Below the pieces are notes generated by a model. The model saw only the letters and a list, made by a program, of their open reading frames with translations, did not search any database and was not told the origin of the DNA. 64,000 nucleotides of DNA from Candidatus Bathyarchaeia archaeon (GTDB taxonomy: Archaea; Thermoproteota; Bathyarchaeia; Bathyarchaeales; Bathycorpusculaceae): positions 288,001 to 352,000 of the forward strand of contig JAVZNC010000001.1 in the NCBI GenBank assembly GCA_038882955.1. The letters run 5' to 3'. Position numbers and translations under genes: made by a program. Positions 1 to 10,349 of the stretch are shown piece by piece; position 1 is the first letter of the stretch, and every line of letters begins with the position of its first letter.

Positions 1-998
1 TTTAGCATGCCAGAAGCTTTTTTGATGTTTTCAAGTGCAACTAGGTCGTATGGAGCGTGTCCTGGAACAGACATGACGACGCCGGTGGCGTTTTTTGGGT
101 CGACGAATTCTGCGGGCAGTATAATAATCTTGTTTTTTGTTACTGGGTTTTCGACGTAGGCGCCGATTAGGCTTTTTCCTTCAAATGTTTCGATGACTTT
201 GACTTTGTGGTTTAGGTAGGTGAGTTTTTCTGCGGCTTCCTGGCTTACAACCCATTCTTCGCCGTCAACTGTGGCTTTTACGTATTTGGCTTTTGGATTC
301 ACCCAAATGTTTGTTACGCCGAATACTGTTTCTGGGCGGAGTGTCGCAGTTGGAAAGATGGTTTCGCCTTTTTTGAATTTTATTATTGTGAATTCGCCGA
401 TTTCTGGCTCCACATCGCCGACCGTGTCGTGTTGACCGACGGGGTTGCCGCATTTTGGGCACCAGCCAACTGGGTGGCTTCCGCGGGTTATGTAGCCTTT
501 TTCGCGTAGTTTTTCGAATTGCCATTCTATGAAGCGGTTGTATTGCGGGTCTATTGTCGTGAATTCGCGTCTCCAGTCTATGGAAAACCCTATTTTTTTC
601 ATTCCTTCTTTGATTTCTTGGTGGAAATAGCGCGCCATGTTCAGCGGGTCAGTCAGCTCTTTCAGTTTTTCTTTGGGAATTTTGTATACGTTTACGAAGT
701 CTTTGATTAGTTCTTCGTCGTTTTCTGCTAGGCGTTTTGCCATTGCCAAGACTGGTGTTCCAGTGTAGTGGAAAGCCATTGGCAATAGCACGTTGTAGCC
801 GCGCATTCGCATGTATCTCGCATGCACGTCAGCTAACGTGTAGGTTCTTGCGTGTCCGATGTGTTGCGGCGAGTTTGGGTATGGATAGGCCACTGTTATG
901 AAGTATTTTGGTTTTGCAGGGTCTGGGTTTGCCTCGAAAATTTTTGCTTCTTCCCAGCGCTTTTGCCATTTTTCTTCGATTTTTTTTAAAAATTCCAT
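1..998 (-). CDS. leuS: Leucine--tRNA ligase, N-terminal part (runs off the window edge)
   Basis: Manual translation from ATG at 998: MEFLKKIEEKWQKRWEEAKIFEA...YFITVAYPYPNSPQHIGHARTY (class I HIGH motif, archaeal LeuRS type). Not in the ORF track because it is truncated. Confidence 0.93.
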   Translation of the reverse strand, partial: MEFLKKIEEKWQKRWEEAKIFEANPDPAKPKYFITVAYPYPNSPQHIGHARTYTLADVHARYMRMRGYNVLLPMAFHYTGTPVLAMAKRLAENDEELIKDFVNVYKIPKEKLKELTDPLNMARYFHQEIKEGMKKIGFSIDWRREFTTIDPQYNRFIEWQFEKLREKGYITRGSHPVGWCPKCGNPVGQHDTVGDVEPEIGEFTIIKFKKGETIFPTATLRPETVFGVTNIWVNPKAKYVKATVDGEEWVVSQEAAEKLTYLNHKVKVIETFEGKSLIGAYVENPVTKNKIIILPAEFVDPKNATGVVMSVPGHAPYDLVALENIKKASGML

Positions 999-1110
999 AA
1001 AAGTTTCTGAATTGTTTTGAGGGGTATTAAATGTTTTGCCTTTAACCGTGGAGAACGCTGTCCCTCACATCAAACACCAAAGAGTATAATGCCTAACTTG
1101 CTTTAATCCT

Positions 1111-1302
1111 TTACTTTTTTGCCAGTCTGTAGCGGCGGTTTTCGCAGTCAACTATTTCATTTTCGAAAAGCTTGCGAAGAGAAGTAAAAACCTTCTTTTC
1201 TGGCACCCCAGTTTTCTCAGCGATCTCTGCAAGCGTTAAATCCTTGCTAGAGTTCTTCAGAGTTTCAATTATGAGTGTGTCAATCTTGTTTAGGTTAACC
1301 AT
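1111..1302 (-). CDS. Small winged helix-turn-helix protein
   Basis: DTLIIETLK...LTLAEIAEKTGVPEKKVFTSLRKLFENEIV wHTH pattern; start uncertain (1302-1320). Confidence 0.7.
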   Translation of the reverse strand: MVNLNKIDTLIIETLKNSSKDLTLAEIAEKTGVPEKKVFTSLRKLFENEIVDCENRRYRLAKK

Positions 1303-1372
1303 CTGCATGCACTCTCGCAACCGCGTTTTCTGATTATTTTTGTGTAGTAGTTATAAAAATTTCGTGTAACTG

Positions 1373-1726
1373 TCAGAACCAAATTGACCAAATAACGAAC
1401 CCTATAAGCCCTAGTAAAGTGACTATAACCACGAATATTACTACTGCCACAATGCTTATGGCGAGAGCCATAAGCCAGCCACAGTCGAAGAAATGTTTCA
1501 CAAGGGCAAGCCACAATATTAGTTGGATTATTGCCGCAATTATGCCCGTGAAGAATGCACCGAAGAATGTTGCGATAACCGTTCCGAGAACCGCTATCCA
1601 TATTGCGTCTGTGAATTTTGCTTTTTGTCTCCCAACTAGAGCTATGCCAGCAAGCCACAAAACAGGCGAAATGATGATTATGTTTATTATGATGTTGATT
1701 GCGAGAGCGTCTAAATTGATTGGCAT
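1373..1726 (-). CDS. Small hydrophobic membrane protein (about 4 TM)
   Basis: Almost entirely hydrophobic ORF; likely start MPINLD. Confidence 0.7.
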   Translation of the reverse strand: MPINLDALAINIIINIIIISPVLWLAGIALVGRQKAKFTDAIWIAVLGTVIATFFGAFFTGIIAAIIQLILWLALVKHFFDCGWLMALAISIVAVVIFVVIVTLLGLIGFVIWSIWF

Positions 1727-1802
1727 ACACCTTTGCTCCGATATATTTGCCTTTGGTTTATGTGCATGAAAGTATTTTAAACTTGCCACGAAAAAGCTGG
1801 TT

Positions 1803-4604
1803 TTAATTTGCCTTGCGATGTTTTAGCTGCTTCTTCAAAATTTCCTTGGCTTTTTCAATTGCCTCTTGAAGTTTGTCGATTTTTGTTCCTCCGCCTTGAG
1901 CGAAGTTTGGTCTGCCCCCTCCGCCTCCGCCTATGATTGCTGATGCTTCCCGCACTATTTCGTGTGCGTTTACGCCCTTTTCAAGCGCTTCTTTCCCAAC
2001 CATAACCATGACTCTCGCGCTTTTCCCGTTTGCTCCATAAAAGATTGCGGTTATGTTCGCGCCTTTTTTGATTATCTCGCTTGCAGTTTGAACCATGCGC
2101 TCAACATCTATAGACTCGCCGAAATCACGCAGAACCACCTTCACGCCGCCTATGGTTTCAGCCTTTTCCTCTGGCTTCTCGCTTAGTACGGCGCTTTCTT
2201 TTTCTGCTAATTCCTTAATCAGCCTTCTTCTCTCTGCGTTTGCCTCTTTAAGCTCTCTTACAAGTTTTTCAGCAGTCTTGTCCAGCTTCTCCAACGGTGC
2301 ATTAAGGATTTCAGCAACCTTCCACAACAACTTTTCCTTTTCCTGAACCACTTTTAGGGCTTGAGCGCCAACAGCATAAACGAGCCTTTCAACGCCATCC
2401 TGAACCCGCTCAGAATGAATTATCTTGATGAAGCCAATTTCGCCAGTACTTTTTAGGTGAGTTCCAGCACATGCTTCAACGTCCCAGTCGCCAGTTGCCA
2501 CAACACGAATTTCTTTCCCTGGAACAGCCCCACCCTGGTAAAGTCTAAAACCGTATTGGCTTTCAGCCTCGTTGCGCGGCATCCATTTTGTTTCTACCTG
2601 CATGTTTTGTAGAACTGTCTGGTTTGCCAAAGCCTCTATTTTGTGCACTTCTTCAAGTGTTAGTCTACGGTAATGCGAAATGTCAAGTCTGGAACTTTCT
2701 ATGCCCTTTTGTGTTCCAAACTGCCAGACGTGTTGCCCAAGAACGCGTCTTGCAGCGCCATTGATTAGGTGAGTTGCCGTGTGCGCCTTCATCAGCGCAT
2801 AGCGCTTTTCCCAGTCAATAACGCCCTTAATTACTGTGCCTTCCTTTGGGGCTGCTGCGCCAGCTATTTTGTGAACAATTACTTTGCCAACCTTTTGGAC
2901 GTCGACAACTTCGGCTTTTTTTCCGTTAAATTCTAGATAGCCGCCGTCTGCGGGTTGACCGCCCCCTTCTGGGTAAAAGCAAGTCTTGTCGAGGACAACG
3001 TATTCGCCGTCTACTACTTTAAGAACCTTCGCTTTGAATTCTCGCATGTACTGGTCAACATAGTAAAGCGGTTCTGTTTCTGGAAGTTGGGCAACTTCCG
3101 CTTCAAGCCATTCTTGTGGTTTTTTCTCTTCAACCGCTTTGGATGCTTGTAGGTGTTTTTGTGCAATTAGGGTGTAAAAGTTTTCTGGAACATTCACCTT
3201 TAAGCCTTCGTTCTCGGCTGTCAGCTGGACTATTTCTGGCGGAAGCCCGTGTGAATCATAAAGCTCTATTAAAGTTTCGATTGGAATTTCATTTTGGTTT
3301 TTCGCTTTTAATTCGCTTGATATCCGCTTAACCATGCCCTCGCCGCGTTTTATCGTTTCGCCATACTTCTCCTCTTCTACGGAGACTATCTCCATAATTT
3401 CGTTGCCCATTTCCTTCAGATGCGGAAAGTCCCGAGACCAGTGGCCAATTTGCATGTCAACAATGTCGTACAGTTTCTCTGGTATGCCCAGCATCCTCAA
3501 AAGCCTGTAGATTCTGCGGAAAACCAGCCGCGCCAAATAGCCCTCTTGAATGTTGGATGGAACGACGCCTTCAGCAAGCATGAAGCATAAGCATTTTGTG
3601 TGGTCTGCAACTGCAAAAGCATTTTCAATTGGTACTAGAAACTTGTCTAGTTCGTTGACGTCCACGCCGATTAGGTCTGCTTCACGCTTTCTAAATTCCA
3701 ACCTACTGGCAGTCTTGTCCAAGCTGACCAGCCCAGAAACCTTGGCAACCGCGTACAGCAAATCCTTGTCAACATTTGTTATTCCAGCAAAACTGAAAAT
3801 TTTGTCAAGTAAATTGCCGTAAACAGCGTGGAAACCGCTCGGCGCACCTTGAGAAAGCCATGCGTAACGGTCTATACCATATCCTGGGTCGACCGTCCTT
3901 ATTGGAAGTTTGACGAACTCGTCGTTTACGACCTTGTACTGCATAAAAACCAGCGTGGCAACCTCCAACCCTCTAATTATCACTTCTAGGCATGGACCAG
4001 CATTTCCGCCCCCGGACCAAACCTCTTCCTTATAAACGATTTCCTCAGATTTTACACCCAACTCGCTTGTAGCCCACTCATGATGGTAACGCACAGTCTG
4101 GTCCTTCCAGTAAACCTCCTTTTCAGGATAGTTGAAGGCATGCGCTCCGCCCATCTCAAAAATTGTTAGATGCCTGCCAAAGGTTGGTCCGGTGTTTGTT
4201 ATGTCAACAAGCCTTATGCACGGCTGCGAAATCACAAGCGGGTTTGCCGGCGGCGGCGCAATTCCGTTGGTCACGTATGGCTGGAAGTCTATTATACTTG
4301 CGTGTGTAAGGTATATGTCGTCTCTCCAACGTGCAACAACCGGGTACGGCTTTATCCTTGCATGTCCGCGTTTTTCGAAGAAGGATAGGAATGCTTCACG
4401 CATCTCGCGTAAAGTGTAGCTTTTCCTTGTTGGCGAGTTGTTTATGAAAGTGTAGAAGGCGCATTCTTCAGAGCTTGCCTCTCCGCATGTTTCTTGGATT
4501 GGATTCTGCGTCCAAAAGTATTTGCCGCATTTTGGACACAATTTTCTAACGTAGCCAAACTCCTTAAAGAATGGAACGCTGTATTCTTCCTCGGTGAACT
4601 CCAA
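1803..4604 (-). CDS. alaS: Alanine--tRNA ligase (archaeal type)
   Basis: 933 aa; N-terminal CxxC, HxxxH editing motif (HTATH), CAGTH, C-terminal GGGGGRPNFAQGGG. Confidence 0.97.
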   Translation of the reverse strand: MEFTEEEYSVPFFKEFGYVRKLCPKCGKYFWTQNPIQETCGEASSEECAFYTFINNSPTRKSYTLREMREAFLSFFEKRGHARIKPYPVVARWRDDIYLTHASIIDFQPYVTNGIAPPPANPLVISQPCIRLVDITNTGPTFGRHLTIFEMGGAHAFNYPEKEVYWKDQTVRYHHEWATSELGVKSEEIVYKEEVWSGGGNAGPCLEVIIRGLEVATLVFMQYKVVNDEFVKLPIRTVDPGYGIDRYAWLSQGAPSGFHAVYGNLLDKIFSFAGITNVDKDLLYAVAKVSGLVSLDKTASRLEFRKREADLIGVDVNELDKFLVPIENAFAVADHTKCLCFMLAEGVVPSNIQEGYLARLVFRRIYRLLRMLGIPEKLYDIVDMQIGHWSRDFPHLKEMGNEIMEIVSVEEEKYGETIKRGEGMVKRISSELKAKNQNEIPIETLIELYDSHGLPPEIVQLTAENEGLKVNVPENFYTLIAQKHLQASKAVEEKKPQEWLEAEVAQLPETEPLYYVDQYMREFKAKVLKVVDGEYVVLDKTCFYPEGGGQPADGGYLEFNGKKAEVVDVQKVGKVIVHKIAGAAAPKEGTVIKGVIDWEKRYALMKAHTATHLINGAARRVLGQHVWQFGTQKGIESSRLDISHYRRLTLEEVHKIEALANQTVLQNMQVETKWMPRNEAESQYGFRLYQGGAVPGKEIRVVATGDWDVEACAGTHLKSTGEIGFIKIIHSERVQDGVERLVYAVGAQALKVVQEKEKLLWKVAEILNAPLEKLDKTAEKLVRELKEANAERRRLIKELAEKESAVLSEKPEEKAETIGGVKVVLRDFGESIDVERMVQTASEIIKKGANITAIFYGANGKSARVMVMVGKEALEKGVNAHEIVREASAIIGGGGGGRPNFAQGGGTKIDKLQEAIEKAKEILKKQLKHRKAN

Positions 4605-4684
4605 AGCTAAACACTCCAGACAAGGCGGTTAGCATATTTTCAAAGGATTAAGGATGCACAAACATTTAAACTATTTCGCCAACT

Positions 4685-4993
4685 TTAGCCAAGTTTGAAA
4701 CCCAGCAAGAAACCAACAATGAAGCTTCCAATAAATGGTATAAGCGCTAAAACATGCACAAACCAAGAGAACGCTTCACCAGCCAACCCGAAGAGGTTGG
4801 ATACTGCTCTCCAAAGAGCCTCATAATTTATGTTAATTATTCCCTGCGTGCTTAAGTAGATTAGGGCAATTATGAAAAGTCCTACGAGAATTAATATTAG
4901 TTTGCTGAGTTTTTTCAAGGCAAACCCAACTATGAAACCGCCCACCCCGCCTATGCCCAGTTGATAAACAAGAGGCGAAATCAGCTCGCTCAT
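4685..4993 (-). CDS. FUN14-family membrane protein
   Basis: QLGIGGVGGFIVGFALKK...GIININYEAL...GSFIVGFLLGFKLG. Confidence 0.8.
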   Translation of the reverse strand: MSELISPLVYQLGIGGVGGFIVGFALKKLSKLILILVGLFIIALIYLSTQGIININYEALWRAVSNLFGLAGEAFSWFVHVLALIPFIGSFIVGFLLGFKLG

Positions 4994-5044
4994 CTGAATC
5001 ACGCTGCATATCATCGCAAGTTTGATTTAACCATTTTGCAAAAT

Positions 5045-5320
5045 ATGAAACGATTTGCAACGGAGGTGAAAACCACGGATTTGGAAATGCTGTACGTACT
5101 AAATTTGATGTTAACTCTTGGCATGTTCACCGTTCTGATTTTCAGGGCATGGATTGAACTGAAAAACTACCGCTTGATGTGGAAGGAACTTGAATGGAGA
5201 CAAACATACCAGGCTGTTGGAAGGATACTGAAAGCGGAAAAAGAACTGTTCTCAAGAGTTGACGGTGGCGACGAGCTTTATCGGTTGCTCCGCGAAATCT
5301 TCAAGGTTCGAGAAGACTAG
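5045..5320 (+). CDS. Hypothetical small membrane-anchored protein
   Basis: One TM helix followed by a charged helix; fills the gap before tiaS; start uncertain. Confidence 0.55.
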   Translation: MKRFATEVKTTDLEMLYVLNLMLTLGMFTVLIFRAWIELKNYRLMWKELEWRQTYQAVGRILKAEKELFSRVDGGDELYRLLREIFKVRED

Positions 5321-5325
5321 CCCCT

Positions 5326-6681
5326 TTAGGGAAAATGCCAACCGTCAATAAGCTTTACAGAGGTGCCTTCACGTTTTTCCATGCCGTAACGCACAGTTGG
5401 TTTTGTTAAATGCCTCTGCGACCTTGTAGCTGTTATATACAAGCCCTTCTTCAAATCACGTTTGACTTTAACCTCAATTTTCTTAAGGCTGGAATAACGC
5501 GAACCGCAAGCTTCGCATCTAAAGCCCTTATTCTCTCCCATGGACTTCAGCCTCTTACCGCAGTTTGGACAAAGCGGATTACGAAGAACAGTTTTTGGCG
5601 CAAGTTTGAGTATGCGGATTTTCTCAAGGTTTATGGTTAATGGACGATTATGAGAGGGTGAGCGAACACCACCATAAACCTCAACAAAGTCGCCCACAAT
5701 CAATTTTCTTGCAACTTTGCGTAAGGCTCCAGTTGGCTCGTAAGCCGCACAATCCACTTGTGCAGTTTCATCTTCTATTGGAAAGATTACGTGCCGCCTT
5801 GGAACAGTCTTCGGGTTTGCAGAAACAATGCCTCTAGCAACAACTGGGTTATAGGGCTTAACTTCGCATAAACTTTTAACACGCTTTAGATGCGCGTCTG
5901 TTCCTTGATTTGTCCTAAAAATAACCCAGCGCTCAACTGGCTCAAGAGGCTTAACCATACCAAAGGCTTTCTTGACAATTTCTGGAGTTTCGCCACGAAT
6001 GCCAAAGAGAATCGGGTCTGGACCCCTAGGAGTAATTATTACTCTACGCTTTTCCAAATCAACATTGTTAAAAGTGTAAGGTGCCGTCGCCCTATCCATC
6101 TCAAAGATGGACTCCTCATTCACCATCCTTTTTAAACCATAATTTTCGGGCATTCTGTAAGCCAGAATCTCGTAGGTGTGGTCTCCCTCAAGCGTTTCGC
6201 CGACAGCAGCTAAACTGCCAATTATACCTCTGCCACTGTTGTATCCAAGAGCCTCGGCGCCAAAACGCTTTATGAGCCTCAAAGCTTCTTTTAAGGTTAC
6301 AATTCCAGTTATGGTGCTCTTCGCAAAAGCCTTAACCGCCACTGGAACCTTTGCCGCTTTAAGAAAGACTATGCCGGGGTCTGTGCCCCTAAAATGCATG
6401 TCTGCAAGCTCTTCAACAGCACTTATAACGGTCTCCTTAATTCTCTCCTCAGCATTTTCGTTGTATTTTATTCTCAAGCATAGGGCGCCGTTTCCACGAG
6501 TTTTCCACGGAACATTGGGGTTCAACCGCACAAGGTTTGGATAATCAATGAATTCAACGTCCATTTTTTGCAGCCTTTCTACTAGAACTGCGGCGATGTA
6601 TGTCGTACATCCCCGTCGCGTTGAGTCCGTGTCGTCTAAGCCTATGTGCATTACCGCTGATGCCATGTTAAAGCAGCCCAT
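5326..6681 (-). CDS. tiaS: tRNA(Ile2) 2-agmatinylcytidine synthetase
   Basis: IGLDDTDS..GCTTY, RLNPNVPWKTRGNGA, TNQGTDAHL, AYEPTG, C-terminal zinc ribbon. Confidence 0.95.
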   Translation of the reverse strand: MGCFNMASAVMHIGLDDTDSTRRGCTTYIAAVLVERLQKMDVEFIDYPNLVRLNPNVPWKTRGNGALCLRIKYNENAEERIKETVISAVEELADMHFRGTDPGIVFLKAAKVPVAVKAFAKSTITGIVTLKEALRLIKRFGAEALGYNSGRGIIGSLAAVGETLEGDHTYEILAYRMPENYGLKRMVNEESIFEMDRATAPYTFNNVDLEKRRVIITPRGPDPILFGIRGETPEIVKKAFGMVKPLEPVERWVIFRTNQGTDAHLKRVKSLCEVKPYNPVVARGIVSANPKTVPRRHVIFPIEDETAQVDCAAYEPTGALRKVARKLIVGDFVEVYGGVRSPSHNRPLTINLEKIRILKLAPKTVLRNPLCPNCGKRLKSMGENKGFRCEACGSRYSSLKKIEVKVKRDLKKGLYITATRSQRHLTKPTVRYGMEKREGTSVKLIDGWHFP

Positions 6682-6736
6682 TCGTTAGGCAAAAGGATGG
6701 AAAATGTGTTTTGGATAAAAAGGAGGAAGAATTGCG

Positions 6737-6976
6737 CTATTTGGACTCCTCTACAACAATCATTGTTAGTGTTGACCTAACCTTGTCAAGTCTCCTAACA
6801 CGCCAAGTCACAATTTCCTTAAGCTTATCCATCGTGTCTGCCTTAACCCGCGCAATTATGTCATACACGCCGTAGACGGCGAAGGCTTCCTCAACACCCT
6901 CAACCTTCTTCAAGTCTTTTAGGACATCCGCCTCTGAACCTATCTCGGTATTTATCAACACAAAGGCTGTAGGCAT
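6737..6976 (-). CDS. Lrp/AsnC ligand-binding (RAM) domain protein
   Basis: AFVLIN...VYGVYDIIARV...VRSTLTMIV. Confidence 0.88.
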   Translation of the reverse strand: MPTAFVLINTEIGSEADVLKDLKKVEGVEEAFAVYGVYDIIARVKADTMDKLKEIVTWRVRRLDKVRSTLTMIVVEESK

Positions 6977-7107
6977 ATCTAGTCTCCTCACCTCTAATGT
7001 TGTGCTATACATTAAAATATTTTACTGAAACTTCGGAAGAAAAGCCTCCCAAAATTTGCGAAGGACTTATCTTCTTTTCTAGGGCATTAGCTATTAGGTT
7101 CAAGAAA

Positions 7108-8643
7108 ATGGAGAAAAATTACATAACAAGCCGTGAAATGCGCACTTTGGAAATAAACGCGGAATACTTCGGCGTTTCAAGGCTTCAGCTTATGGAAAAT
7201 GCTGGAAGAAACGTAGCCCAAGAAATAGCCTCAAGATTTAACAAAGAAAAAAGCGTTGCCATTTTCTGCGGTTTGGGCGGAAACGGCGGCGACGGTTTTG
7301 TAGCTGCAAGACACCTATCAGCAATAGGCTTCAAAGTAACAGTTATCCTCGCTGGCAAAGCAGAAGAAATTTCCGACGACTCCGCCTTAAAAAACTGGCT
7401 GGCAATACAACCCCTAAGACAAAGCATCACAATCCACGAAATTCGCGATGGCACACAAATTCCAGAAGTGAACGCAGACATAATCATAGACGCGTTGCTT
7501 GGAACAGGAACAAAGGGCAAACTTAGACCACCAATCATTCAGTTAGTCCAAAAAATTAACGCAACCAACGCTTTTCGAGTTGCCGTTGATATCCCAACTG
7601 GAGTGGACGCTGACACGGGCGAAGTTTTAGGCGACGCTGTGAAAGCAAACTTGACAATAACATTTCATAAGAAAAAAGTTGGATTGGAAAACGCGAAGGA
7701 CTATGTTGGCGAACTTGTCGTAAAAGACATTGGGATTCCAAGAGAATTTGAAAATTTTGCTGGTCCAGGCGACGTTTCACTCGTTATAAAACCACGCCCC
7801 GCAGAGTCGCATAAGGGAGATTTTGGACGCCTACTAGTCATTGGCGGAAGCGAAACTTTTTCGGGTGCCCCAGCACTTGTGGCTTTGGCTGCACTGCGAA
7901 CTGGTGTTGATTTAGTTTATGTTGCGGCTCCAGAAAAAACAGCCTACGCAATTTCAGCCATGTCTCCAGACCTTATAACCATAAAGCTTGAGGGACGACA
8001 TCTAAACGTTGGGAACATACCAGCATTAAAGGCGTACTTGGAAACGGTAAACGCTATTGTTTTAGGTCCTGGTTTGGGCTTGCATCCAGAAACAAGAGAA
8101 GCTGTTAAGGCTCTGGTTGACGCCGTTGAAAACTCGAGGAAGCCTCTGCTTTTGGATGCTGATGGATTAAAGGCTTTTGCAGAGTTTAAGAGAAAAGTTA
8201 ACATACCTTTGGTTTTAACGCCTCACGCTGGAGAATACGCCATACTGACTGGTAAAGAGTTGCCAGAAAGCCTAAACGAGAAAATAGCAGAAGTGCAAAG
8301 GACATCGGCTGAATTGGGCGCAGTAATCCTATTAAAAGGTCCAATCGACATAATTTCGGATGAAAAGCGCTTCAAACTTAACTTTACTGGCAATCCTGGG
8401 ATGACTGTTGGCGGAACTGGCGACGTGCTTTCTGGGATAGTTGGCGCTTTCTTGGCTAATAGCGTGAACCCGTTTGAGGCTGCTGTGGCTGGGGCGTTCG
8501 TTAACGGCGCTGCTGGAGACTTTGTTTTGGAGGAAAAGGGCTTCCACATGGTCGCAACGGACCTTATCGCGAAGATTCCGCTGGTTTTGAACGACCCGAT
8601 GTGCCACTTGAAGGTGCGCAGAACAATTGCAAAAACAAGTTAG
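7108..8643 (+). CDS. nnr: Bifunctional NAD(P)H-hydrate epimerase/dehydratase (NnrE-NnrD)
   Basis: LMENAG, GNGGDG, DALLGTG, HKGDFG, DADGL, TPHAGE, GGTGDVLSG. Confidence 0.95.
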   Translation: MEKNYITSREMRTLEINAEYFGVSRLQLMENAGRNVAQEIASRFNKEKSVAIFCGLGGNGGDGFVAARHLSAIGFKVTVILAGKAEEISDDSALKNWLAIQPLRQSITIHEIRDGTQIPEVNADIIIDALLGTGTKGKLRPPIIQLVQKINATNAFRVAVDIPTGVDADTGEVLGDAVKANLTITFHKKKVGLENAKDYVGELVVKDIGIPREFENFAGPGDVSLVIKPRPAESHKGDFGRLLVIGGSETFSGAPALVALAALRTGVDLVYVAAPEKTAYAISAMSPDLITIKLEGRHLNVGNIPALKAYLETVNAIVLGPGLGLHPETREAVKALVDAVENSRKPLLLDADGLKAFAEFKRKVNIPLVLTPHAGEYAILTGKELPESLNEKIAEVQRTSAELGAVILLKGPIDIISDEKRFKLNFTGNPGMTVGGTGDVLSGIVGAFLANSVNPFEAAVAGAFVNGAAGDFVLEEKGFHMVATDLIAKIPLVLNDPMCHLKVRRTIAKTS

Positions 8644-9148
8644 AATCGTTGTTTATCACGCTGGACAATGCGACCCCAAAAAATGCACTGCGCTGAAGCT
8701 TAAGCGCCACGGACTAGTTGAAATTGTGCATAAGATTAGGTTTCTACCAAAAAGAGCCGTGGTTTTGAATCCTTTTTCGGAAATAGCCTTTTCTCCAGCC
8801 GACAAGGAGCGCATAGAAAAGTTTGGATTAGCCGCTTTAGACTTCAGCTGGGAACATGCAGAAAAGCCTCTAATAAAAAGTGTTAGGGGAACATCACGCT
8901 GCTTGCCATATCTGGTTGCTGGAAACCCCGTGAACTTCGGAAGTCCAACAAAGCTTAGCACAGTTGAAGCTCTAGCGGCTGCGCTTTACATTGCTGGCTT
9001 CAAAGAGGAAGCGTATAGGCTGTTGTCGATTTTCACGTGGGGGCACACGTTCATCGGAATAAATAAGGAAAGGCTTGAAGGTTATGCAAAGGCGAAGGAC
9101 AGCAAAACAATAATAGAAATGCAGAAAAAGTTCATGCAAACATATTAG
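8627..9148 (+). CDS. tsr3: 16S rRNA aminocarboxypropyltransferase (DUF367)
   Basis: QCDPKKCT, LPYLVAGNPVNFG, KLSTVEALAAAL, FTWGHTF. Confidence 0.92.
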   Translation: MQKQVRIVVYHAGQCDPKKCTALKLKRHGLVEIVHKIRFLPKRAVVLNPFSEIAFSPADKERIEKFGLAALDFSWEHAEKPLIKSVRGTSRCLPYLVAGNPVNFGSPTKLSTVEALAAALYIAGFKEEAYRLLSIFTWGHTFIGINKERLEGYAKAKDSKTIIEMQKKFMQTY

Positions 9149-9181
9149 TGCATTAACAAAGATAGGAGGATGTGCAAAAGC

Positions 9182-10339
9182 ATGAGTGAAAGAAAACTGC
9201 TCATGATTCCTGGACCCACAAATGTTGACCCACGGGTTCTTCGCGTCCTAAGTAAGCCAACGGTCTCGCACACGGATTCCGAGTTCATCGAAGTTTTCAA
9301 AAAAACGCTCGAACGATTAAAGAAGGTTTTCATGACTGAAGGTGATGTTTTCGCTGTTGCCGGTTCTGGAACATTAGCCTTGGAGATGGCTGTTGCGAAC
9401 ATTTTGGAGCCAAACGATAAGGTCTTGAATATAGTAACTGGATTTTTCGGAGAATACTTTGTTAAAGCGTCGATGGCTCATGGAGCAACGCCTAAAGTCT
9501 TGGAGTTCCCATGGGGAAAAACCGCAAATCCAAGAATGGTTAAAGAGGCTTTAAAGGAGAGCGATTTTAAGGCGGTAACTGTTACGCATGTTGAAACTTC
9601 AACTGGGGTTGCAAACCCGATAAGAGAGATAGGCGAAATAGTGGCGGAAGAAAGCGACGCGTTCTACATTGTTGATGCTGTTTGTTCTTTGGGCGGAATG
9701 GAAGTTCGCGTTGACGAATGGAACATAGACATCTGCGCTTCTGGTTCGCAAAAGTGCATAGGTGTTCCGCCTGGGTTAGCCCTTCTTTCGGCAAGCAAAA
9801 AAGTTATAGAATTTCTTGAAAAAAGAAAAACCCCAGTCAATTTTTGGTATGGTAACCTTAAAAATTGGCTTCCAACAATGCGCGACCCATCAATATACTT
9901 TGCCACGCCGCCAGTTAACATGATTTACGCCCTATCAGAAGCGCTTGAAATAATCCTAAACGAGGGACTAGAGAACAGGTTTAGAAGGCACCACGTTTTC
10001 GCTGAAGCTTTCAGAGCAGCCATGAAAGCATTAAAACTAAGGTTGGTTGCGGATGAGGAGTGCGCTGCTGACACCGTTACGGCAGTACACTATCCAGAAA
10101 AAGTAGAGGATGCAGCGTTCAGAAGCGAAATGAAAAACCGCGGAATAATAGTGGCATCCACCCTTGGACCGCTAAAGGGAAAGGGCTTCAGAATTGGACA
10201 TATGGGAAACGTAAGCCAAAACGATATACTTTCCACAATAGCGGCTATAGAGACGACGTTAAAAAATTTGGGACACGCCATCGAGCTTGGAGCTGGATTG
10301 GCGGCAGCTGAAGAGAGGATTCTCTCTTTGAAACGGTAA
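9182..10339 (+). CDS. Class V PLP aminotransferase (alanine-glyoxylate/serine-pyruvate family)
   Basis: LMIPGPT, HVETSTG, DAVCSLGG, GSQKCIGVPPG, FRIGHMG. Confidence 0.9.
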   Translation: MSERKLLMIPGPTNVDPRVLRVLSKPTVSHTDSEFIEVFKKTLERLKKVFMTEGDVFAVAGSGTLALEMAVANILEPNDKVLNIVTGFFGEYFVKASMAHGATPKVLEFPWGKTANPRMVKEALKESDFKAVTVTHVETSTGVANPIREIGEIVAEESDAFYIVDAVCSLGGMEVRVDEWNIDICASGSQKCIGVPPGLALLSASKKVIEFLEKRKTPVNFWYGNLKNWLPTMRDPSIYFATPPVNMIYALSEALEIILNEGLENRFRRHHVFAEAFRAAMKALKLRLVADEECAADTVTAVHYPEKVEDAAFRSEMKNRGIIVASTLGPLKGKGFRIGHMGNVSQNDILSTIAAIETTLKNLGHAIELGAGLAAAEERILSLKR

Positions 10340-10349
10340 AGGCTAGACG